IMG/VR virus record: IMGVR_UViG_3300031998_000028
Coordinates: 32,001-96,000 of that record
Origin: a virus
Lineage: Duplodnaviria > Caudoviricetes
Length of the DNA: 64,000 nucleotides
Direction: 5' to 3' (one strand)
Of this stretch, positions 43,574 through 51,093 are shown piece after piece. A program made the translations under genes and the position numbers. The notes beneath the pieces are model-generated. The model did not search any database and had not been told where the DNA came from. It worked only from the letters and a program-made list of their open reading frames with translations. Position 1 is the stretch's first letter; the number at the start of each line of letters is the position of its first letter.

Positions 43574-43649
43574 GCCCTTGTGGACAATCGGTAAAGTCGA
43601 CAGCCTGTCACGCTGTAGGTAGCGGGGTCAGCACCCGTCAGGGGCGCCA
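43574..43649 (+). tRNA. tRNA-Asp(GTC)
   Basis: ACAGC-CTGTCAC-GCTGT; CCA. Confidence 0.88.
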
Positions 43650-43746
43650 CTTAAAATTGGTCTAAAATAAAAATTGGGCTAATTCCCCAAAGTCAGATTT
43701 CTTCCAAAAATTATATTCTCTTTTATATTTTTCTACTTATAAATGA

Positions 43747-43825
43747 CGGGAAGTAGAGGAAGAGGGACCTCGCCTGTTTTGGGAACAGGACATTAGTGCG
43801 GCTTCGAGTGCTGCCTTCCCGACCA
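43747..43825 (+). tRNA. tRNA-Pro(TGG)
   Basis: CCTGT-TTTGGGA-ACAGG; C1-G72; CCA. Confidence 0.82.
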
Positions 43826-43843
43826 ATTAAAGGAGAATATAAT

Positions 43844-44416
43844 ATGGGAAAAAGTTTGACATTAGAAGAAATTAACGCTCGTTTTGAGAATAGTTTTGAT
43901 CAAAAGGTTATTGCAACTAAATATTTAAATAAGCGTTCTCCAGTTGAATTAAAATGCTTAGAGTGTGGACATGAATGGTCACAACCGGCCGCATCTGTAC
44001 TATTTAATGAGCATCATAAATGTCCAAATTGCGGCATTGTTAAAAAGATAAAGCTTAAATGTGCTTATTGTGGAAAAGAAATTGAGCGATTTCCAAGCGA
44101 CATTAAGGCAAATAAAACAGGTTATTTTTATTGTAGTCACACTTGTGGTAATCGTCATAAAAATCAATTACGCATGGAAAGTGGCGAATGGGACAATTCA
44201 GTAAATTATCGCTATAAAGCTATGTATAATTTACCACATAAGTGTGCTGTATGTGGATGGGCAGAAGATGAGCGTATTTTAGAAGTTCATCATAAGGACG
44301 AAGATAGAAACAATAATGCATTAGATAATTTAACCATTTTATGCCCAACTTGTCACAGAAAAATTACACTTGGGTACTATAAATTAACTGAGGATTATAA
44401 ATTAATTGAGATATAA
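43844..44416 (+). CDS. Free-standing HNH endonuclease with Zn ribbons
   Basis: Several CxxC pairs; LEVHHKD..R.NN...NL..LCPTCH. Confidence 0.87.
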   Translation: MGKSLTLEEINARFENSFDQKVIATKYLNKRSPVELKCLECGHEWSQPAASVLFNEHHKCPNCGIVKKIKLKCAYCGKEIERFPSDIKANKTGYFYCSHTCGNRHKNQLRMESGEWDNSVNYRYKAMYNLPHKCAVCGWAEDERILEVHHKDEDRNNNALDNLTILCPTCHRKITLGYYKLTEDYKLIEI

Positions 44417-44486
44417 ATACTGCGGCGGCTCAGTTTGAATGGAGCGGTCTATATGGCTACTCTATGTTTATAACCGCCATTTATAT

Positions 44487-44560
44487 GGGCGATTGGTGTA
44501 ACGGTAACACATTTGGCTCTGACCCAAAAGTTTGAGGTTCAAATCCTTAATCGTCTGCCA
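44487..44560 (+). tRNA. tRNA-Gln(CTG)
   Basis: TTTGG-CTCTGAC-CCAAA; GCCA. Confidence 0.9.
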
Positions 44561-44990
44561 AAAGTCAGTAGGCAAGCATTAAAAGCCGAGAAGAAAATAT
44601 AGTTCCTCAAGATACTGTGGCTAGTTTGAGCCAAGGTATAATAAGAATTGGGACACCAGCGGAGAGAACCGCGCAGCTACTGGAGAGAAACCAGACAAAA
44701 AACATCTGTGCAACCCAATTGGAACTCGTGTGATTGAAACTGCACACCTGGCTTTAAAAATTTGATTTTCTATAAATTTTATGATATAATATTTATAGAA
44801 AGTAAGGGAAGAAATATCGCTCGCAGTTATAGTTCCGTGCGACTTGAACAAGGGTAAGAGCACCCCAGGACACTTACCTGGCTCCTATTGACACATGACG
44901 GAAGTCGGTGTAAATCCGACAGCTTCTCTTCTTTATAAGTAAACCGGGGAGGTACTGAGACGTCCGGATTATCAAAAACCTCCGTTATAT

Positions 44991-45064
44991 ACCGCCATAG
45001 TGTAAAGGTAACACAGAAGCCTTTGAAGCTTTTGTTATTGGTTCGAATCCAGTTGGCGGTGCCA
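44991..45064 (+). tRNA. tRNA-Gln(TTG)
   Basis: GAAGC-CTTTGAA-GCTTT; GCCA. Confidence 0.9.
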
Positions 45065-45067
45065 TAT

Positions 45068-45143
45068 GCCCGATTACCCCAACGGAAGAGGGAGCTGGCT
45101 TAGAACCAGTAAAGTGTGGGTTCAAATCCCATGTCGGGTACCA
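45068..45143 (+). tRNA. tRNA-Leu(TAG), short variable loop
   Basis: GCTGG-CTTAGAA-CCAGT; CCA. Confidence 0.87.
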
Positions 45144-45148
45144 AATAT

Positions 45149-45231
45149 GGGCGAGTTGAGCAATGGTGGCTCAGGAGTCTGTAAAACTCTGGTCTAACGA
45201 CATGTAGGTTCAAGTCCTACCTCGCTCACCA
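45149..45231 (+). tRNA. tRNA-Tyr(GTA)
   Basis: GGAGT-CTGTAAA-ACTCT; long arm; CCA. Confidence 0.9.
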
Positions 45232-45319
45232 TTTAAGCGACCGCTCTAAACGGTATGGGTGAAATCTAACCCATTGACAATGAGTGAAGGAACGTCACTC
45301 TGACGCTGTAATATTATAT

Positions 45320-45397
45320 GCGCCAGTAGCTCAATGGAGAGAGCGCGGGGCCACGAACCCCGGACTTGTGGGAGTTCAAATCTTCTCTGGCGTACCA
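45320..45397 (+). tRNA. tRNA-Arg(ACG)
   Basis: CGGGG-CCACGAA-CCCCG; CCA. Confidence 0.88.
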
Positions 45398-45530
45398 ATA
45401 GTTGGGTTCCAGTAGAGACTGAAAAGGACCTTTGGTTCCAGATGACTGTTACCAAGCAGTACTTAGTATGTGTATCCTGTAGCTAAGGCGAGCCGGAAGT
45501 CGCGGGTTTCCGCCCAACTAAATTTTATAT

Positions 45531-45606
45531 ACGGATTTAGCTCAACTGGAAGAGCATTGCGTTTACACCGCAGAGGTTATGGGTTCAAGTCCCTTAGTCC
45601 GTACCA
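45531..45606 (+). tRNA. tRNA-Val(TAC)
   Basis: TGCG-TTTACAC-CGCA; CCA. Confidence 0.9.
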
Positions 45607-45608
45607 TT

Positions 45609-45674
45609 AAGACCCGTACAGCAAATATAACTTACAAAACTGCAAATTTTTGGAAGAAGTTTTTATTGGGTCTT
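45609..45674 (+). ncRNA. CAGC-stem (Y-like) RNA copy 3
   Basis: AAGACCC-GTACAGCAA...GGGTCTT. Confidence 0.7.
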
Positions 45675-45680
45675 GTATAT

Positions 45681-45767
45681 GCACGAGTGCTGCAATAGGA
45701 AGCCAGGCATGGTTGAGGTCCATGTGTCCGATAGGACATAGGGGTTCAAGTCCCCTCTCGTGTACCA
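45681..45767 (+). tRNA. tRNA-Leu(GAG)
   Basis: CATGG-TTGAGGT-CCATG; long arm; CCA. Confidence 0.88.
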
Positions 45768-45796
45768 AATAACTAAAAAGAGAAGTGAGAAAAAAA

Positions 45797-46272
45797 TGAT
45801 AAGTCCAACTCATGGAGAAATAACTCTGCGGCAGACCGCACTCTTAATCAAAAATTTCATAGAGTTAGACCCGGATTCACAATATGCAATCTATATTGGT
45901 TCTGATAGTCAAAATACTTACTACACCAAGATGGTAACTGTCATCGCAGTCCATAAGGTCGGCCGCGGTGGTCAGTACTTTTATGAGGTTTCCAAATACG
46001 ACAAGATTCGTGATATTCGCACGAAGCTTTATACGGAAACTCAACTTAGCTTGGATATGACAGGTAGGCTTTTTGATGAATTTGAAGCTCTTGGGTTTGA
46101 ATATGATGCAGATAATATCATGTTCTGTATTCATATTGACGCAGGTAACGGTGGTCCAAGTGGTCAAGTAATACCTGAAGTAGTTGGATATGTTCATTCT
46201 ATGGGTTATAACTGCGAAGTTAAACCAGATAGTCCGATTGCTTCTTGTATTGCAGATAGAATAAGTAAGTAA
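45797..46272 (+). CDS. RNase H-like YkuK (DUF458) family protein
   Basis: IGSDSQ..E...S..IHIDAG..G.S..KPDS..AS..AD motifs. Confidence 0.8.
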
Positions 46273-46279
46273 GTAAATA

Positions 46280-46368
46280 AAGGCGCGCACAGCTAAATCT
46301 ATTATAGCATAATGGTAATGCACCCGACTTGTAATCAGGATATACGGTTCGAATCCGTTTAGCGCCTT
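46280..46368 (+). ncRNA. CAGC-stem (Y-like) RNA copy 4, carrying a tRNA-Thr(TGT)-like D/anticodon/T body
   Basis: AAGGCGC-GCACAGCTA...GCGCCTT enclosing D, anticodon and T arms; no CCA. Confidence 0.7.
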
Positions 46369-46379
46369 GAATAAATAAA

Positions 46380-46452
46380 AAGACACTTGCAGCAAATCTT
46401 TTCTTTAATCGCCATTGAATTATAATATTTTGATTAGATATTAGGGTGTCTT
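46380..46452 (+). ncRNA. CAGC-stem (Y-like) RNA copy 5
   Basis: AAGACAC-TTGCAGCAA...GTGTCTT. Confidence 0.7.
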
Positions 46453-46464
46453 GATACAAACTAA

Positions 46465-46580
46465 TAGACCCATACAGCAATCATTCTTATAGAGAATATG
46501 TTATTGGTTCGATTCCAATTATGCAAGCCATAAATTTTGCGTATTGAGCAATAGGTAGCTCAGTTCTACTAAAGGGTCTA
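46465..46580 (+). ncRNA. CAGC-stem (Y-like) RNA copy 6 with a circularly permuted tRNA domain (YrlA-like)
   Basis: TAGACCC-ATACAGCAA...GGGTCTA enclosing T arm, closed acceptor hairpin and D arm, in that order. Confidence 0.78.
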
Positions 46581-46633
46581 GTCTTTATCTCGACCGAGAT
46601 AAATCATTTTGGAGAAAAAGGAGAAAATAAAAC

Positions 46634-48160
46634 ATGAATTTTACTAACGCTCTTGATAAGGAGTTCAACTATAAGTTGACCGAAAATGGCGGCCTTGCGC
46701 ATAAGTCTACCTGTGACGCGCTCTATGATATGTTTGCCCTGGGTGGCGCATATCGTAGTCGTAGCGATGAGGATTGTGTCTTCCTTTTCATGAAGGCATT
46801 TGAGGAAAGTCCTACTTATGCTATGAAGTGCCTCTTCTATCTGCGTGACATTTTGCAGGGACAGGGCGAACGTCGCTTCTTCCGTGTCTGCATTAAGTGG
46901 GCCGCGGACAACCATCCTTTGGAGATGGAGCGCAATCTCAAGTACGTACCGGAATACGGTCGTTGGGATGACCTATATGCCTTCGTAGGCACCAAGCTGG
47001 AAGCGAGTATGTGGGCCTTCATGTATGAGCAGTTCCGTCTGGATATGGCTTCCAAGACTCCTTCTCTGCTCGGAAAGTGGCTCAAGTCTGAGAATACTTC
47101 CAGCAAGGAGTCTCGCGTCCTTGGCGCAAAGACTCGTAAGGCTCTCGGTATGACTGCGCCTGCCTACCGCAAGGCTCTGTCTTCTCTTCGTAAGCGCATC
47201 AATGTCCTTGAGCGTCTTATGAGTGAGCGCCGTTGGGATGAAATCGAGTTCGATAAAATCCCTTCTAAGGCTGGCCTCATCTACAAGAACGCCTTCGCGC
47301 GTCACGATGTGGAGCGCGCCCGCAATAAGGCTGTGCAGACTTACGAGCAGTTCGCTAAGGATAAGAACACTAAAGTTAACGCCAAGGCTCTATATCCTTA
47401 CGAGGTAGTCGAAAAGGCTATTGACGTGTTCGGTGGTATCTACTGGCGTTGGAACCGCCATGAAGTGCCTTTGGATGATACCAATCGTCTGATGGTCAAC
47501 AAGTACTGGGAGAATCTGGCAGAGTATATCTCTAAGCTGGATATGAACGCTCTTTGTGTTGTGGATACCAGCGGCTCTATGCATGGTACTCCTATTGACA
47601 TCGCAATCTCTCTCGGTATGATTGCGGCTGATAAGGCTCATGGTCCTTTCCATGGACGCTACATCAGCTTCAGTTCTCGTCCTCAGCTCATTAAGGTTGA
47701 GGGTGTGGATTTCGTAGATAAGGTTCGCCGCATCTATGAAACCAATCTTTGCGAGAACACCAATCTCGAAGCAACTTTCGATATGCTTCTCAATGTGGCT
47801 CAGAAGAACCACATGAAGCAGAAGGATTTGCCAGATACCATTATCGTCATCAGCGATATGGAGATTGACTGTGCATATGGTGGCTATGGTTGGAGTTCTG
47901 ACCATAGCGCGGCTCGTGCAAAGAACCGCACCATGATGGAGAATATGCGTCGTAAGTGGGCACGTGCAGGCTATAAGCTTCCTAAGATGGTGTACTGGAA
48001 CGTGGATGCGCGCCAGGATACATTCTTGGATGATGGCCCAGACGTAACTTACGTTAGCGGTGCAAGTGCTATCTTGTTTGAGCAAGTCGCAAAGGGCATC
48101 ACCGCGCAGGACCTCATGTTCGAGAAGCTCGACAGTGAGCGTTACGCAAAAATAAAATAA
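46634..48160 (+). CDS. Ro60/TROVE-like helical + vWA protein (DUF2828-type)
   Basis: N-terminal TENG..ST, LFYLRD..G.GER, YGRWDDL and KW motifs; vWA MIDAS VVDTSGSM, ISDME and YWNV. No TAG; GC-rich third positions. Confidence 0.78.
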   Translation: MNFTNALDKEFNYKLTENGGLAHKSTCDALYDMFALGGAYRSRSDEDCVFLFMKAFEESPTYAMKCLFYLRDILQGQGERRFFRVCIKWAADNHPLEMERNLKYVPEYGRWDDLYAFVGTKLEASMWAFMYEQFRLDMASKTPSLLGKWLKSENTSSKESRVLGAKTRKALGMTAPAYRKALSSLRKRINVLERLMSERRWDEIEFDKIPSKAGLIYKNAFARHDVERARNKAVQTYEQFAKDKNTKVNAKALYPYEVVEKAIDVFGGIYWRWNRHEVPLDDTNRLMVNKYWENLAEYISKLDMNALCVVDTSGSMHGTPIDIAISLGMIAADKAHGPFHGRYISFSSRPQLIKVEGVDFVDKVRRIYETNLCENTNLEATFDMLLNVAQKNHMKQKDLPDTIIVISDMEIDCAYGGYGWSSDHSAARAKNRTMMENMRRKWARAGYKLPKMVYWNVDARQDTFLDDGPDVTYVSGASAILFEQVAKGITAQDLMFEKLDSERYAKIK

Positions 48161-48185
48161 GGGAAGAGAAATCTTCCCTTTCCGT

Positions 48186-48267
48186 GCGTCCTTATCGTGG
48201 CCGGCTCCGCCTTGAAAGCGGCTGGTATCAGGGATGATATGGGGATCGACACCTCAGGGGCGCGCCA
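48186..48267 (+). tRNA. tRNA-Ser(TGA), 8/4-type with reduced D arm (possibly a pseudogene)
   Basis: CCGC-CTTGAAA-GCGG; long arm; 8-bp acceptor, 4-bp T stem; GCCA. Confidence 0.6.
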
Positions 48268-48270
48268 TAT

Positions 48271-48355
48271 GCGGAGTTCGCCTAATGGTAGGGCAACAGT
48301 CTAGAAAACTGTCGGATGAAAGTCTATGTGGGTTCAAGTCCCTCACTCCGCGCCA
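48271..48355 (+). tRNA. tRNA-Ser(AGA)
   Basis: ACAGT-CTAGAAA-ACTGT; long arm; GCCA. Confidence 0.85.
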
Positions 48356-48366
48356 ATTTATAATAT

Positions 48367-48455
48367 GCGCTGTGAACCAGTCGGGGTACTGGGCTAGCCT
48401 GCTAAGCTAAGTGTTCTCTTTTGGGAATTTGGGTCGGGACCAACGCGGCGCGCCA
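48367..48455 (+). tRNA. tRNA-Ser(GCT), 8/4-type
   Basis: TAGC-CTGCTAA-GCTA; acceptor GCGCTGTG/CGCGGCGC; T stem TTGG/CCAA; GCCA. Confidence 0.78.
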
Positions 48456-48457
48456 AT

Positions 48458-48533
48458 GGTTTGATAGTATAGTTGGTAATTATAAGGCACTTGTAATGCT
48501 TAGACCTCGGTTCAAATCCGAGTCAAACCTCCA
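48458..48533 (+). tRNA. tRNA-Thr(TGT)
   Basis: AGGCA-CTTGTAA-TGCTT; CCA. Confidence 0.88.
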
Positions 48534-48554
48534 TATAAAACCTTCCAATAATAT

Positions 48555-48628
48555 GTACCCCTGGTGTAACGGTAGCATATCCGGCTCCAACCCGGCTGGT
48601 CAGAGTTCAAATCTTTGGGGGTATGCCA
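48555..48628 (+). tRNA. tRNA-Trp(CCA)
   Basis: CCGG-CTCCAAC-CCGG; GCCA. Confidence 0.88.
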
Positions 48629-48665
48629 GCGCGCAAGCGTAAATTTTATTAAAGGCAGGTCAAAT

Positions 48666-50060
48666 ATGGAAAGCTTCTTTAATCTCAAGCATCGCAATAC
48701 CACCATTAGAACCGAGATTCTTGCAGGCATTACAACCTTTATGGCTATGGCATATATCTTGTTTGTAAATGCAGGTATGTTTGCCACACTCCCCGATGTA
48801 AGTTATGAAGGTATGTATATTGCAACCGCAATTTCAGCCTGTGTCGGTTCTCTTTTAATTGGTCTTATTGCCAATCTTCCCCTCGCACAAGCATCTGGTA
48901 TGGGACTTAATGCGTATTTTGTCTATTCAGTATGTCTTGGTTTGGGCTTTACTTATGCTAATGCCCTTGTAATGGTTTTGTTTGATGGTATTATGTTTAT
49001 AATACTCACAGCAACAGGACTAAGAAAGCTATTGTTTAATGCAATTCCGACGCCAATTAAAACAGCTATTTCTGCAGGAATTGGTTTATTTATTGCTTAT
49101 ATTGGTCTACAATCTGCTGGTATTATAATTCCTGATGCCTCAACAGCATCCACTATGTCATCTTTTAATGTGTTTAGTGGAGCAGCAAATTGGGCAACAA
49201 TTATGCCTATGCTTGTATCTATGATTACTATATTGATTATCGCGGCCTTGACATCTTTCAAGAAGCGTGGCGCGGTATTAATCGGTATAATTGCAGGTAC
49301 AGTTCTATACTATCTTGGTGGCTTTACAATTCCAGGATTTTATGATGGTTTTGCTTTCTCTACTATTAGCACAGGAAAAGCTTTTGCAGCATTTGGTAAA
49401 GAATCACTATTCGCTGTATTTCGTAATGGTTTTGACTTTAGTGCGTACATTGCCGCACATGGCCAAGCAAACTTTGTTATGAGTCTTGTCACAACAATGA
49501 TTGCGTTTTGTATCGTAGATATGTTTGATACAATGGGTACTTTGTATGGTGCGTGCTCACGCGGCGGCCTTATGAATAAAGATGGTGAAGTTCTTGCTCT
49601 TGACCGCGCAATGCTCAGTGATGCTATTGCCACCACAACTGGCGCAATGTTTGGTACTTCAACTGTAACAACTTTTGTTGAAAGTTCTGCTGGTATCGCA
49701 GAGGGCGGCCGCACAGGACTGGCCGCGGTTGTAACTGCTGGTCTATTCTTTATCTCAATGTTCTTTGCACCTATTGCTTCTCTTATCCCAGGCGCAGCAA
49801 CTGCGGCCGCACTTATCTATGTTGGCGCATTGATGCTTATGTCTCTTAAAGATATTAATTGGGAAGACGCAGAGGTTGCTATTCCGGCATTTTTAACTAT
49901 TACTTTTATGGCATTTAGTTATAGTATTAGTAATGGTATTGGTATTGGTGTCTTGTCTTATACAGTAGTTAAAATGTTTACTGGTAAGATTAGAGAAATT
50001 CATGGAGCAACTTGGGTTATTGACGTGTTGTTCCTCGCAATGTTTTTACTTAGTCACTAA
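48666..50060 (+). CDS. NCS2 AzgA/PbuG-type purine permease
   Basis: EILAGITTF.AMAYI, GMGLNAYF, DMFDT.GT and ESSAGIAEGGRTG motifs; many TM segments. Confidence 0.9.
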   Translation: MESFFNLKHRNTTIRTEILAGITTFMAMAYILFVNAGMFATLPDVSYEGMYIATAISACVGSLLIGLIANLPLAQASGMGLNAYFVYSVCLGLGFTYANALVMVLFDGIMFIILTATGLRKLLFNAIPTPIKTAISAGIGLFIAYIGLQSAGIIIPDASTASTMSSFNVFSGAANWATIMPMLVSMITILIIAALTSFKKRGAVLIGIIAGTVLYYLGGFTIPGFYDGFAFSTISTGKAFAAFGKESLFAVFRNGFDFSAYIAAHGQANFVMSLVTTMIAFCIVDMFDTMGTLYGACSRGGLMNKDGEVLALDRAMLSDAIATTTGAMFGTSTVTTFVESSAGIAEGGRTGLAAVVTAGLFFISMFFAPIASLIPGAATAAALIYVGALMLMSLKDINWEDAEVAIPAFLTITFMAFSYSISNGIGIGVLSYTVVKMFTGKIREIHGATWVIDVLFLAMFLLSH

Positions 50061-50106
50061 TAAAATTATAGTCCTCCTACTAGACTTTAAATAGTAGGAT
50101 TTATAT

Positions 50107-50182
50107 GCTAGTATAGCTCAGAGGGAAGAGCACCTGTTTGGTATACAGGAGGTCGGGATTTCGAAACTCCCTACTAGCCCCA
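50107..50182 (+). tRNA. tRNA-Thr(GGT)
   Basis: CCTGT-(T)TGGTAT-ACAGG arm; CCA. Confidence 0.85.
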
Positions 50183-50185
50183 ATT

Positions 50186-50260
50186 GCACCCATCGTCTAA
50201 CGGCAAGGATACCGCTTTCGTAATGCGGAGATAAAGGCTCGAATCCTTTTGGGTGCGCCA
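50186..50260 (+). tRNA. tRNA-Thr(CGT)
   Basis: CCGC..TTCGTAA..GCGG; CCA. Confidence 0.8.
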
Positions 50261-50263
50261 TAT

Positions 50264-50338
50264 GCAGGATGTGGTGTAACGGAAACATACGTGATTGTGG
50301 CTCACGAGTTGAGGGTTCAATCCCCTCCGACCTGCCCA
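50264..50338 (+). tRNA. tRNA-His(GTG)
   Basis: CGTGA-TTGTGGC-TCACG; G-1/C73; CCA. Confidence 0.85.
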
Positions 50339-50340
50339 AT

Positions 50341-50414
50341 GGGGAGTTAGTCTAATGGTAGAATAGGCGGTTGCAGCCCGCTTGGTGCTGGTTCAAATCC
50401 GGTATTCCCCTCCA
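50341..50414 (+). tRNA. tRNA-Cys(GCA)
   Basis: GGCGG-TTGCAGC-CCGCT; U73; CCA. Confidence 0.88.
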
Positions 50415-50599
50415 ACGCCTCGGCGCACCGGGGCAATTTTATTATTAGGTGATGCTTATGTTATCTCTTTCGCGCACCGCACTTTTGAGTTTAGTATAGG
50501 CTACAAATCATGATGAAATTCCTCAAAGCGTGGTTGAATATTGGTTTACTGTTTATGGTAAATGGATTGATAAAAAAGAAGCAAAGGAGTTAGAGCAAG

Positions 50600-51010
50600 A
50601 TGAACGTAAACTATGATGATATTAAAGGTTTGGAATTAGTTGGACTTAAAAAGGTTCATACTTTTCATATCTCTGTTGCAATATCCCTTGTTTTTTTGTT
50701 GATAATGATAGTAGTTACTTTTATATGGATTATACTGCCACTACATAATATTATTCTGAATATAGGATTTATATGTGGTATGATAGGCGGTATCTATAAT
50801 ATGATTCTAACTATTCCAGAAAGTCATCTTCATTGGAGTTTTAAGATTCCCGAAGATTATCGCGGCTGGCAATATTTATTCCTTTCTGCTAATTGTATAG
50901 ATTTTGAGCCGGAAACAAATATAATTACACTACAATTTAATGACGATATAGATAAAGAGTTGTATTACTTTATTACAATGCTTGAGAATGAAAAAAAGAC
51001 CCAAAAATAA
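50600..51010 (+). CDS. Two-TM membrane protein
   Basis: AAGGAG RBS; hydrophobic segments; terminator hairpin at the end. Confidence 0.6.
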   Translation: MNVNYDDIKGLELVGLKKVHTFHISVAISLVFLLIMIVVTFIWIILPLHNIILNIGFICGMIGGIYNMILTIPESHLHWSFKIPEDYRGWQYLFLSANCIDFEPETNIITLQFNDDIDKELYYFITMLENEKKTQK

Positions 51011-51093
51011 TTGGGTCTTTTCTTTTTGAAACTTGAAAAATTTTAAAATTTATGGTATAATTATTATAGAAAATAGGAAAGGAAGTATTTTCT

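Noticed and set aside
45068-45143. tRNA with TAG anticodon as the amber suppressor
   Set aside because: Anticodon TAG reads the CTA leucine codon; the amber reader is at 40881.
50996-51020. AAGACCC/GGGTCTT hairpin as a seventh CAGC-stem RNA
   Set aside because: No CAGC motif, short loop and a T tract; it is an ordinary terminator.
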